Shown in pieces: positions 1 through 7,655 of a DNA stretch of 32,000 nt; position 1 is the stretch's first letter, and every line of letters begins with the position of its first letter. The stretch lies in assembly GCF_047250365.1 (NCBI RefSeq), contig NZ_JBLBVL010000001.1, forward strand, positions 337,522 to 369,521, read 5' to 3'. A model generated the notes under the pieces. That model was not told the origin of the DNA and did no database searches. It was given only the letters and a program-made list of their open reading frames with translations. Origin of the DNA: Thaumasiovibrio sp. DFM-14. GTDB taxonomy: Bacteria > Pseudomonadota > Gammaproteobacteria > Enterobacterales > Vibrionaceae. Position numbers and translations under genes: made by a program.

Positions 1-49
1 AAAACCGGGAGTTGTTAGTGTGCCTTTTTCCAGTTTAGAGTTTTTTCAT

Positions 50-1180
50 TTAACGACCTTTAAATATTTCACCACGATGATAGCGAAGATATGGCTTATG
101 GTTATCCTTAATGCTAAATGACATATCCTCTTTCAAACCGATCACATTCGGCGACTCCAAGTATCTAGAGATCAAGACTTTTCCGTGATCGTCAAAGGAG
201 ATAAACCCGAGGTCAAAAGCCTTATCAAGATTGGCGAGCAGTAACAAACCATTGAACCTATCTAACCGTTCTTCGTTACTAGAGTCTCGCCAAGGCTTAA
301 TATGAGAAGCCAACAATAATTGAGTATTACGATACCCTGTTACTGCGCAACCACCCCACATTTGGATCAGTTTTGTTCTGAAGTGTCCTTGCCCTACCCT
401 TGTATTAACCAAGATGGTCTTTTCTGTCTCGGATAAGGAGTTATCAGTCATGACCTGCTTGATATCGGCATTAATATCCACCTGAGATAAGTCTGATAAA
501 AATTTGTGGTAATGAGATAAGGCGGCGCTGTACATCCCCTTTCCCTTAGTATCACGAATTTGAAACTCTTCTAATTCTCGTGCCTTTTCTTCATAACTAA
601 CAAATTGTCGATATGAATTAATATCAGTAAGTGGCCCCTCTATTTCACCAACATCCATCAACCAATTAGATATTGATCCCCGCACCGCTCCCAGATAGTT
701 ACTGGCTGTTTTTTCGGACTTACCTATATCAATCAACCACTGATGATATAACGTCGCTAAATCAGAAAGGTTGGAGACTAGCGCTTCTTTTAGTTCGTTG
801 GAAACGATATAGCTTTTCATATAGCTAAACAATTCATCGTCAATATACGCATGATCTACCGCCTTAGCGGAATAGCGCCTGGTTGATACCTTATCGTAGC
901 CGTCATGATAAGAAAGAAACCAAAAGCCTTCACTTCTTAAATGAAAGAAAGGGTTTTCAGGTGTATTTTTATCTTTGCTCTGAGCAAGGTTGTCGAAATG
1001 ATGAGTAAACTGATCTTTAAGGGGCTGATTAAAATAGATCTTATTCGTCGTTATATGTCCTGCTTGAATCAAATCCATGACAGCAAGCAGCATACACACT
1101 TTATGAGGACTTTTTTTACCACCAGCACTGTTCATTTTCAGGTTCTGAAAACGTTCTAAGTAATATTCTAACGCCATCAT
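50..1180 (-). CDS. HNH-family (HNH_2 / COG3183-like) nuclease, putative modification-dependent (type IV-like) restriction endonuclease
   Basis: 376-aa ORF. The C-terminal block GGCAVTGYRNTQLLLASHIKPW...RLDRFNGLLLLANLDKAFDLGFISF fits the Cys...H-I-K-P-W...N-G-L...FD pattern of HNH_2 nucleases. The N-terminal SPHKVCMLLAVMDLI ... NPFFHLRSEGFWFL resembles DNA-reader domains fused to McrA-type enzymes (recalled, unverified). An AAGGA RBS lies 5 nt upstream. The start ATG at 1180 directly abuts the stop TAG (1181-1183) of the upstream gene. Confidence 0.7.
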   Translation of the reverse strand: MMALEYYLERFQNLKMNSAGGKKSPHKVCMLLAVMDLIQAGHITTNKIYFNQPLKDQFTHHFDNLAQSKDKNTPENPFFHLRSEGFWFLSYHDGYDKVSTRRYSAKAVDHAYIDDELFSYMKSYIVSNELKEALVSNLSDLATLYHQWLIDIGKSEKTASNYLGAVRGSISNWLMDVGEIEGPLTDINSYRQFVSYEEKARELEEFQIRDTKGKGMYSAALSHYHKFLSDLSQVDINADIKQVMTDNSLSETEKTILVNTRVGQGHFRTKLIQMWGGCAVTGYRNTQLLLASHIKPWRDSSNEERLDRFNGLLLLANLDKAFDLGFISFDDHGKVLISRYLESPNVIGLKEDMSFSIKDNHKPYLRYHRGEIFKGR

Positions 1181-1807
1181 CTATCCTTTGCAGATGCGAT
1201 AATTTTCTCTCTCCAACACAACTGTTTGCCACGAAACATTTGTCCTGTTCAAAGAGTCCGCTCCATCAGCCACATGACATACTGTCAGACCAACAACCTT
1301 ACCTAATGTTTCTATTTCTTCAATGGAAACGCTGTGAGCACTACGTCCATCATCAAAACCGCCATGGCGCAATGTGATCACCAGCTTTCCATTGTCGGAA
1401 ATAAGCTCAGAAAATACAGAGAACGATTCTTCTCTATCTTCTCTATTTAAGTGCATCCATACTGCTGAAACCAAAATCAAATCATACTGCTGACATAAGT
1501 TTCTTGCTTTCGCTAAAGCTGGTAGCGAGTCATCTAACCACTGAATTTGCGAAGAGGAGTTTGAGCGCCCTAGTTGACGAAGTTCACTTGCTGGTTCGAT
1601 AGCAACAACAAAGCAACCTTGTTTAAAGAACCACCTAGCATCTCGGCCTGATCCAGCACCAATATCAAGGATCTTGGTATCCCCTTTAGGCCAATACATA
1701 CGCCACGCGCGATGAACGTTTTCAAATTCTAGAGAATCATATTGCGTTGCTAGCTGAGTAGCATTTTCATTATAGAAAGAGACATTTACAGACATAAACC
1801 AACCCAT
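1181..1807 (-). CDS. Class I SAM-dependent methyltransferase (small-molecule/RNA-type; no DNA-MTase catalytic motif seen)
   Basis: 208-aa ORF. SAM motif I is ILDIGAGSGRDA, followed by the acidic post-I residue in VVAIEPA, then YDLILVSAVWMHL and GKLVITL (motifs II-III style). No (D/N/S)PP(Y/F/W) or PC/ENV motif is present. The real start may be M1 (1807) or M5 (1795). Confidence 0.8.
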   Translation of the reverse strand: MGWFMSVNVSFYNENATQLATQYDSLEFENVHRAWRMYWPKGDTKILDIGAGSGRDARWFFKQGCFVVAIEPASELRQLGRSNSSSQIQWLDDSLPALAKARNLCQQYDLILVSAVWMHLNREDREESFSVFSELISDNGKLVITLRHGGFDDGRSAHSVSIEEIETLGKVVGLTVCHVADGADSLNRTNVSWQTVVLERENYRICKG

Positions 1808-1995
1808 ATATCAACCTGATTCATAATATATGGATTAGTTACGTATGACGATCAAGAATTATACAAGCGCTAGTAATTGTGATGCTAATCGCGACTAAAA
1901 CGAACTATCGCCAGTCAATCATGAAACAGTTTGAGTATACTTTTTGTAATACCCTAATCTGCCGCGTGCTATGAGGAAAAACTAAACTAGATATG

Positions 1996-2180
1996 GAGAT
2001 GGGCATGGAAGCTATATGGTGGCTCGGTATGATTTAACCATCGACTGATGTGACGGGACTCACATATATGGTGTAACAGAGGACTCTAAAAGTAGAACCA
2101 AGCCCAATGATAAGAGCATTTTGAATCCAAAGTTGTTCAACTTATCCGAATTCTTTGTTCATATACTGTGGCGCGCTACA
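1996..2180. repeat. 185-bp direct repeat, copy A (left terminal repeat of the 842-bp insert)
   Basis: Aligns base-for-base with 2648-2832 at a constant offset of 652 bp, with 179/185 identical. The six differences, at 2008, 2045, 2047, 2097, 2104 and 2126, are all transitions. It encodes an orphan ORF tail, DGHGSYMVARYDLTID*. Confidence 0.95.
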
Positions 2181-2700
2181 TCTTGATACCCATCCACAAC
2201 AACACGCGGCAATGAGCTGGCTTGTTAATATTAACGGCGAAGCGCTAAACAATGAGTTTATTCTCGGTGAAGCGGTGAAGGCTCGCGGGTTAACCGTTAC
2301 CCCGCGCGGCACATTAGATGGAGCCCTCGCTACAGTAGCAAACCGAGAAGTCACCGCACGCGCCATCCGCCCACTTCCAGTATGTAACGTCCGTTTAAAC
2401 GGTGTTTACGATCCTGATTCAATCACGCTACCCCTCACCATCGAATGGTCACACCGCAACCGCCTAAGCCAAGTCGGCACCCCCGAAGATCTAACCAGCT
2501 GGTATACAGAAGGCGGCATGGAGGCTGGGGTTGAGAGTGTTATCCACATAGAAGATCAAGATGGTGATCTGCTTCACATGCAGCAAGGTACGTTCACCAG
2601 CTACAAGCTAGAAAAGGTCGAAGGCCTTGAGCGTTTAAGCACGATAAGAGATGGGCATGAAAGCTATATGGTGGCTCGGTATGATTTAACCATCGATTAA
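2155..2700 (+). CDS. Hypothetical protein, possible fragment of a phage tail / host-specificity (J-like) protein; may be a pseudogene remnant
   Basis: The ORF-track start at 2155 is TTG inside repeat A. The first ATG is at 2212 (MSWLVNING...) and has no clear SD. The motif LTIEWSHRNRLSQ....SW....G.E.G resembles a W-x-H/R-R-x-R module I recall from phage tail host-specificity proteins (unverified). The segment is GC-rich relative to the host. The 3' end is duplicated in repeat A. Confidence 0.4.
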   Translation: MFIYCGALHLDTHPQQHAAMSWLVNINGEALNNEFILGEAVKARGLTVTPRGTLDGALATVANREVTARAIRPLPVCNVRLNGVYDPDSITLPLTIEWSHRNRLSQVGTPEDLTSWYTEGGMEAGVESVIHIEDQDGDLLHMQQGTFTSYKLEKVEGLERLSTIRDGHESYMVARYDLTID

Positions 2701-2832
2701 TGTGACGGGACTCACATATATGGTGTAACAGAGGACTCTAAAAGTAGAGCCAAGCTCAATGATAAGAGCATTTTGAACCCAAAGTTGTTCAACTTATCCG
2801 AATTCTTTGTTCATATACTGTGGCGCGCTACA
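2648..2832. repeat. 185-bp direct repeat, copy B (right terminal repeat)
   Basis: Same alignment as copy A. It contains the last 16 codons and stop of the 2155-2700 ORF plus about 135 bp downstream. Confidence 0.95.
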
Positions 2833-2880
2833 GAAACTAGACAAAATCGCTACTGGCTGAGCTTGATAAACCGCAGACAC

Positions 2881-2909
2881 AAAAAAAGACGTCCGAAGAC
2901 GTCTTTTTT
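2881..2909 (-). terminator. Rho-independent terminator downstream of tRNA-Ser
   Basis: AAAAAAAGACGTCCGAAGACGTCTTTTTT: an 8-bp GC-containing stem (AAGACGTC/GACGTCTT) with a CGAA-type loop and A/T runs on both sides. It lies 8 nt after the tRNA 3' end. Confidence 0.85.
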
Positions 2910-2916
2910 CTAAATT

Positions 2917-3004
2917 TGGCGGTGAGTGAGAGATTCGAACTCTCGATACGTTGCCGTATACACACTTTCCAGGCGTGCTCCTTCAGCCACTCGGACAACT
3001 CACC
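2917..3004 (-). tRNA. tRNA-Ser (anticodon GGA), long variable arm, encoded CCA
   Basis: The reverse complement reads GGTGAGTTGTCCGAGTGGCTGAAGGAGCACGCCTGGAAAGTGTGTATACGGCAACGTATCGAGAGTTCGAATCTCTCACTCACCGCCA. The anticodon loop is CT-GGA-AA. This is near-identical to E. coli serW/serX as I recall them. The T-arm GTTCGAATC and acceptor-stem complementarity are present. Confidence 0.95.
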
Positions 3005-3044
3005 GTATTGTTTTGTTGTAACGCTTTGCGTCTCAACGGGGGCT

Positions 3045-3073
3045 AATTTAATGATTTGCCGCCCTAAGGTCAA
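3045..3073 (-). promoter_or_regulatory. Candidate sigma70 promoter for tRNA-Ser with GC-rich discriminator
   Basis: The minus strand reads TTGACC (3073-3068), a 17-nt spacer, then TAAATT (3050-3045), followed by AGCCCCC (a stringent-type discriminator). An A/T-rich tract lies upstream. The promoter is about 35-40 nt ahead of the mature tRNA 5' end. Confidence 0.55.
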
Positions 3074-3148
3074 GCGACTTTATGGAAAAAAGCCCTATTC
3101 GCTAACTGTTTGTTCGGCAATTAAACATTTCGCTGTAAAAGGCACCAA

Positions 3149-3595
3149 CTAGCGGGCCATTTCGTAATACCCCGGCACACGGAACATGCGGCGGCAAAGC
3201 TCAAGGAAATGGCCATAAACCACCCCTAATGCACCCGATACTAATGCATTACTGGTCACTGCCGTGACAATTTGATCAAAGTCTGCACCTACGGTAATCA
3301 GAATCAGTGCATACACCGGCGATTGAAACAGTACATACGCGACAAAGTCAGCTAACCCTTTCACTGCACTGTGGCGCCCCAATCGCTGTGATATGCGAAT
3401 AACCAAGTCACGAAATGCCCCATAAGGCCATGCGATTAAGATGTTGACCGGAATCGATAAAATACGTGAAGCTAACGATTGTTCGAACGACATGCCACTA
3501 ACAAAAATTTCGATTGCCATTCCAGCAACAAAACCAAACAAAACCATAGCAAAAACATTTGCTACCGCATTTCGTATACAAACACGCCCTTTCAC
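3149..3595 (-). CDS. alaE: L-alanine exporter AlaE
   Basis: 148 aa, colinear with E. coli AlaE (YgaW). Shared blocks include [26 protein letters not shown] and VGAD. Confidence 0.9.
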   Translation of the reverse strand: MKGRVCIRNAVANVFAMVLFGFVAGMAIEIFVSGMSFEQSLASRILSIPVNILIAWPYGAFRDLVIRISQRLGRHSAVKGLADFVAYVLFQSPVYALILITVGADFDQIVTAVTSNALVSGALGVVYGHFLELCRRMFRVPGYYEMAR

Positions 3596-3865
3596 CGCAA
3601 CCTCACAGATTATTATTCGTCAAAAACAAGATTAAGGTAGTCACCTAAACTGCTATTTAGCTGCACACCTAGAATTTGGCGCTATTAGACCAGCTTTATC
3701 GTGAAATGTGCTACTGTTTTTATGTTTTTGTGCTGTATATATCGCTCCATCTAGAACCAATGTCAGAATGTTATACTGGTCACACTAATCACACCTTTAG
3801 TCTTGGGCGATTCAGGTTAAAGACAGGGAAAACAACAAGATGCTGATGATCGCAACGAGCAGGCA

Positions 3866-3897
3866 TAAAAAAAGCAGCATTTCTGCTGCTTTTTTTA
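3866..3897. terminator. Bidirectional-looking rho-independent terminator (ends the bioBFCD operon on the minus strand)
   Basis: AAAAAAAGCAGCATTTCTGCTGCTTTTTTT: a 7-bp stem (AGCAGCA/TGCTGCT), a 4-nt loop, and A7/T7 flanks. It lies 24 nt downstream of the bioD stop. Confidence 0.85.
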
Positions 3898-3920
3898 TAT
3901 CTGATGAGGCTCAGGCTACT

Positions 3921-4604
3921 TTATTCGCCTTGAAGTAGCGAAAAGTCGATGTATTTAGACAGGTCACGCTTGGTTATGCCCGGCATATAAGGGATTTCAC
4001 CCAGTTTGTTACCCGGCAGCTTCGCTTCTAACAAGCGAATTACGTCGGCGTAGTTATCTAGGCCTGGGTTGATTCGGTTTGCCACCCAACCAACCACCTT
4101 CAAACCATCACGCTCGATGGCTTCGGCGGTTAATATTGCATGGCTCATACAGCCCAACTTAACCCCGACGACCAAGATCACCGGTAATTGCTGGTGTTGT
4201 ACCCACTCTGACAGATATTTATCATCTGCCACAGGCACACGCCAACCCCCAGCACCTTCAACTAACACCACTTCAGCTTTAGACTTCGCATTTTCAAAAG
4301 CGGTATCAATAACATCAAAGTCAATTGAAACCCCTTCTTTGCGTGCTGCCAAGTGTGGCGATGCTGCTTCCACTAATGGATAAGGGTTTACTTCTTCGTA
4401 GCTCATTTCTACATTTGCAGCATCCAGCAAATACAGTGCATCTGTATTTCTGGTGCCAACAGGCGTCAGTTGACTGCCCGATGCAACCGGTTTGAAACCA
4501 GCAATATTAACGCCAGCGGCAACTGCTGCCTGAATAATGGCACGACTACAAACAGTTTTGCCTACTTCAGTGTCGGTGCCTGCAACAAAAAACGCGTTAC
4601 TCAT
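3921..4604 (-). CDS. bioD: Dethiobiotin synthetase BioD
   Basis: 227 aa with the N-terminal P-loop GTDTEVGKT. It is the last gene of the bioBFCD order and overlaps bioC by 8 nt. Confidence 0.92.
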   Translation of the reverse strand: MSNAFFVAGTDTEVGKTVCSRAIIQAAVAAGVNIAGFKPVASGSQLTPVGTRNTDALYLLDAANVEMSYEEVNPYPLVEAASPHLAARKEGVSIDFDVIDTAFENAKSKAEVVLVEGAGGWRVPVADDKYLSEWVQHQQLPVILVVGVKLGCMSHAILTAEAIERDGLKVVGWVANRINPGLDNYADVIRLLEAKLPGNKLGEIPYMPGITKRDLSKYIDFSLLQGE

Positions 4605-5382
4605 TGACGATCACTCCAAAACATACTTGATAAGTTGCGGGCAAGAGACCATTCGAATGACGGTAGTGCATATACGCCGTTTCTAACTCGGCTAACGCAC
4701 GTCGGCTGAGCAAACCTGACTTGCGTTGCTGATGCAAGTGGGTCGCGCCAATGCCTTTTAAATCCCGCATTAAGTCTCTTGCGCAAGAATAATATTGAAC
4801 AATAGGGTTAAATTCTAACCCCTTTAAATTCAGCTTCGCTTGCGCTAACGCAATTTTTATCAACTTTTCTGATAAAAATTCATTAATATGTTGAAGATTA
4901 TCGACCTGCCTCCATGCATTGGCGAGTTCAAATAGGCTACCTTCGGCCAATGTGGAAAATGCAATAATCCCCCCAGGCCGAACCACACGCCGCAATTCCG
5001 CAAGCGGAACGCTTAAGTCTGTGCACCATTGCAACGCCAATGAACTAAACGCTATATCAACGCTATTATCTTGTATCGGTAAATGGTCTGCGTCTGCGGT
5101 AAGGTAGTTTGCTGCCTCTCCACAGCGTGTTCGCGCCTGAGCTAACATTGCCTCACTCAAATCGAGGCAAGTCACTTGATGGCCTTGCTTTATTAACTCA
5201 GCCGAAAAGTAGCCCGTGCCACAACCCACATCAAGCACTCGCTGAGGCATATCATAGTGGGGTATTTTTGCTAATAACTGTTCGCCAACAATACGCTGGA
5301 ACTCGGCGCTGTTGTCATAACTCTGCGCCGCTCGCCCAAAAGCCTGTGCGATAGCGCGTTTCTGTTCCGTATTTTTTAGCAT
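4597..5382 (-). CDS. bioC: Malonyl-ACP O-methyltransferase BioC
   Basis: SAM motif I is VLDVGCGTGYFS, and the gene sits between bioF and bioD. The start was moved to ATG 5382 (MLKNTEQKR...), which has a GGAGG RBS at about 5386-5390 and lies just after the bioF stop (5376-5378). The track start at 5415 would overlap bioF by 40 nt. Confidence 0.88.
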   Translation of the reverse strand: MLKNTEQKRAIAQAFGRAAQSYDNSAEFQRIVGEQLLAKIPHYDMPQRVLDVGCGTGYFSAELIKQGHQVTCLDLSEAMLAQARTRCGEAANYLTADADHLPIQDNSVDIAFSSLALQWCTDLSVPLAELRRVVRPGGIIAFSTLAEGSLFELANAWRQVDNLQHINEFLSEKLIKIALAQAKLNLKGLEFNPIVQYYSCARDLMRDLKGIGATHLHQQRKSGLLSRRALAELETAYMHYRHSNGLLPATYQVCFGVIVNE

Positions 5383-6491
5383 ATCGCCTCCGTGGCTTTG
5401 TCTAATGCCCGGCATAATGCAATAACCTCATGCGGTTGATGATCGCAACTTAACGTTATTCTTAAACGCGATGTGGGTACGGTAGGCGGCCGAATCGCAG
5501 ACACCTTAAACCCACCACTCAATAACTGTTGTGATACCGCCAATGCTTGGTCGGCATTCTCCATAATGACTGGCTTGATCGGTGTCGCCGTATATGGCGA
5601 CCGCAAAGGCTCTGGCAAGTGTTGGTAAAATAACGCCGACAAGCTAGCGAGTTTTTCGCGGCGCCAGCGCTCAGATTGAGCAAGTCGAATTGATTGATAC
5701 ACGGCCAATGCTTGCGCAGGCGGCATGGCTGTCGAATAGGTATAGTGGCGTGCAAATTGCAGTAAGTAATCATAAACGGCCTCACTGCATACCAACGCCG
5801 CCCCTGCCACACCCAGTGCTTTACCAAATGTCACCAAGGTAATATCTGGGCTGATCTGACTAGCGCTACCTTCGCCCTGTTCGCCCACCACCCCGATGGC
5901 ATGGGCATCATCGACCATTAGCACGCTGTTTGCTTCAGAACTTATCTTAGCGATATCCGGCAAGGGTGCCATGTCACCGTCCATACTGAACACCCCCTCT
6001 GTCACCACCATCTCTGCCGAATGTCGCTGACATAAGCGAGAAAGATCGTGCATATCATTGTGACGAAACCGCCACTGTGTGGCATTAGATAATAGGCCGG
6101 CTTCAATCAGTGAGGCATGGTTCAAACGGTCTTGCAACAGCACGTCACCTTTGTCTAGCAAGCTAAACAACGCAGCCTGATTAGCCGCAAATCCACTACT
6201 AAACAGCAAGGCGCGTGGCTGATTTAACCAATCACATAAAGCGGCCTCTAGCTCACGGTGGGCTGGAAAATAGCCAGTGACCAAAGGTGAAGCCCCACTT
6301 CCACTGCCATATTGTGCGATGCCTTCGCAAAAGGCCTGTTTAACCGCCGTTGCTTGCGATAAGCCGAGGTAGTCGTTACTGGAAAAATTAACCACCCCGC
6401 GCTGCGACAATTGATTAACATCATGCCCGCGCAACAAACCTTGGCTGTGTCGCTCGGCTACGCGCTGCTGCCAGCGCTGCTTCAGTTTCAT
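5376..6491 (-). CDS. bioF: 8-amino-7-oxononanoate synthase BioF
   Basis: 371 aa, with the PLP-lysine context VTFGKALG and an alpha-oxoamine synthase layout. It starts 3 nt after bioB. Confidence 0.92.
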   Translation of the reverse strand: MKLKQRWQQRVAERHSQGLLRGHDVNQLSQRGVVNFSSNDYLGLSQATAVKQAFCEGIAQYGSGSGASPLVTGYFPAHRELEAALCDWLNQPRALLFSSGFAANQAALFSLLDKGDVLLQDRLNHASLIEAGLLSNATQWRFRHNDMHDLSRLCQRHSAEMVVTEGVFSMDGDMAPLPDIAKISSEANSVLMVDDAHAIGVVGEQGEGSASQISPDITLVTFGKALGVAGAALVCSEAVYDYLLQFARHYTYSTAMPPAQALAVYQSIRLAQSERWRREKLASLSALFYQHLPEPLRSPYTATPIKPVIMENADQALAVSQQLLSGGFKVSAIRPPTVPTSRLRITLSCDHQPHEVIALCRALDKATEAIC

Positions 6492-6494
6492 GCT

Positions 6495-7547
6495 TTACAC
6501 ACTGGCATCATAAAAAAGATCATCTTTCGACGGACGCGAGACAATACGCTCGGTGACCTGCTCTAACAGGGCTGCTTCTTCTACTTCGTCAGGTTTCTGC
6601 GCTTTATCGACACTATTGATACCCAACTTTTTAAATAGTTGCATATCTTTATCTTCATCAGGGTTTGGGGTAGTGAGTAGCTTGCAGCCATAAAAAATGG
6701 AATTTGCACCAGCCATAAAGCAAAGCGCCTGCATTTGTTCGTTCATGTTTTCACGCCCGGCAGATAGGCGCACTGCCGATGCCGGCATAAGGATGCGCGC
6801 AACGGCGATAATGCGAATGAAGTCAAATGGGTCAACATCTTGCGCGTTTTCTAATGGTGTGCCTTTTACCTTTACCAACATGTTAATTGGCACGCTTTCC
6901 GGGTGCTGAGGCAAGTTAGCTAGCTCCACCAGCAAACTCGCCCGGTCGGTCGCAGATTCTCCCATACCGATAATGCCGCCAGAGCAGATTTTCATCCCGG
7001 CCTCTCGCACATGGCCTAGGGTGTTCAAACGGTCTTGATAAGTGCGGGTGGTAATAATTTGATCGTAATACTCAGGTGAGGTATCCAGATTGTGGTTGTA
7101 ATAATCCAGCCCTGCCTTTGCCAGCTCTTGGGCTTGCTCTGGGGTTAACATCCCCAGTGTCATACACGTTTCAAGCCCTCTGTCTTTCACGCCCTGAATC
7201 ATCTCAGTTAAATACGGCATATCACGTTGTTTGGGGTTTTTCCACGCCGCCCCCATACAAAAACGTGTTGCACCGGACGCTTTCGCTTTGTCCGCGGCTT
7301 CCAGTACGCGCTCCACTTCTAACAAACGTTCGCGCTCCAATCCGGTACGATAATGCGCGCTTTGTGGACAGTACTTACAGTCTTCTGGGCATGCGCCCGT
7401 TTTAATCGACAATAGAGTGCTCACTTGCACGCTATTTGCCACATGAGATTGTCGATGAACTTGCTGCGCTTGAAAGAGCAAGTCCATAAAGGGTTGGTTA
7501 AACAGCGCTTCAACTTCGCTGATGGTCCAGTTATGCCTAATGTCCAC
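6495..7547 (-). CDS. bioB: Biotin synthase BioB (radical SAM)
   Basis: 350 aa with the radical-SAM triad [11 protein letters not shown]. It shows strong colinearity with E. coli BioB. Confidence 0.95.
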   Translation of the reverse strand: MDIRHNWTISEVEALFNQPFMDLLFQAQQVHRQSHVANSVQVSTLLSIKTGACPEDCKYCPQSAHYRTGLERERLLEVERVLEAADKAKASGATRFCMGAAWKNPKQRDMPYLTEMIQGVKDRGLETCMTLGMLTPEQAQELAKAGLDYYNHNLDTSPEYYDQIITTRTYQDRLNTLGHVREAGMKICSGGIIGMGESATDRASLLVELANLPQHPESVPINMLVKVKGTPLENAQDVDPFDFIRIIAVARILMPASAVRLSAGRENMNEQMQALCFMAGANSIFYGCKLLTTPNPDEDKDMQLFKKLGINSVDKAQKPDEVEEAALLEQVTERIVSRPSKDDLFYDASV

Positions 7548-7591
7548 GTATTCACCTTAATTTTTCCATGTGTATTACTTGGCTAGTCTAC

Positions 7592-7638
7592 GGTTAGACA
7601 GTAAACTGTCAACCCATTGATCGCGCATGCGTTTACAA
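7592..7638. promoter_or_regulatory. Candidate bio operator (BirA site) within the divergent bioB/bioA control region
   Basis: On the minus strand, 7638-7606 reads TTGTAAAC-N17-GTTGACAG. I recall the E. coli bioO as TTGTAAAC-N18-GTTTACAA. A second palindrome, GGTTAGACAGT-AA-ACTGTCAACC (7592-7614), overlaps it. Confidence 0.4.
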
Positions 7639-7655
7639 CTGGACGAAAATTAACC

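Larger units (their letters stand above)
1992..2833. other. 842-bp composite insert: repeat(185)-unique(467)-repeat(185), flanked by the 8-bp direct duplication AAACTAGA (1984-1991 and 2834-2841)
   Basis: The AAACTAGA octamer lies 4 nt outside the left repeat boundary and 1 nt outside the right repeat boundary. The unique core is visibly GC-rich: two 60-nt lines count 58-62% GC, against about 48% in bioF and 33-40% in the HNH gene. Confidence 0.5.

Noticed and set aside
1996-2832. The 185-bp repeats as the template/variable repeat pair of a diversity-generating retroelement, given that the enclosed ORF looks tail-fibre-like and one repeat covers its 3' end.
   Set aside because: The six mismatches are G/A, C/T, G/A, A/G, C/T and T/C. 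These are ordinary transitions in both directions, not adenine-specific substitutions. Most of the repeat is non-coding, and no reverse transcriptase is nearby.
1996-2832. The repeats as integron attC / Vibrio VCR sites bounding a gene cassette.
   Set aside because: I could find no GTTRRRY core/inverse-core pair and no imperfect internal dyad typical of attC. The repeat includes coding sequence of the ORF, and no intI or cassette array is present.
1-2916. A direct repeat of the tRNA-Ser 3' end marking an island attachment site.
   Set aside because: I searched by eye for GATTCGAAC / GGTGAGTGAG-type strings on either strand left of the tRNA and found none. The boundary, if any, lies outside the window.
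2837-3152. ORFs 2837-3073 (-) and 2916-3152 (+) from the six-frame track.
   Set aside because: Both overlap the tRNA-Ser gene, its promoter and its terminator. They are spurious reading frames across an RNA gene.
3820-3920. A small ORF (MLMIATSRHKK...) starting at about 3840 on the plus strand.
   Set aside because: It reads straight through the strong terminator hairpin and its T-tract, and the composition is implausible for a protein.
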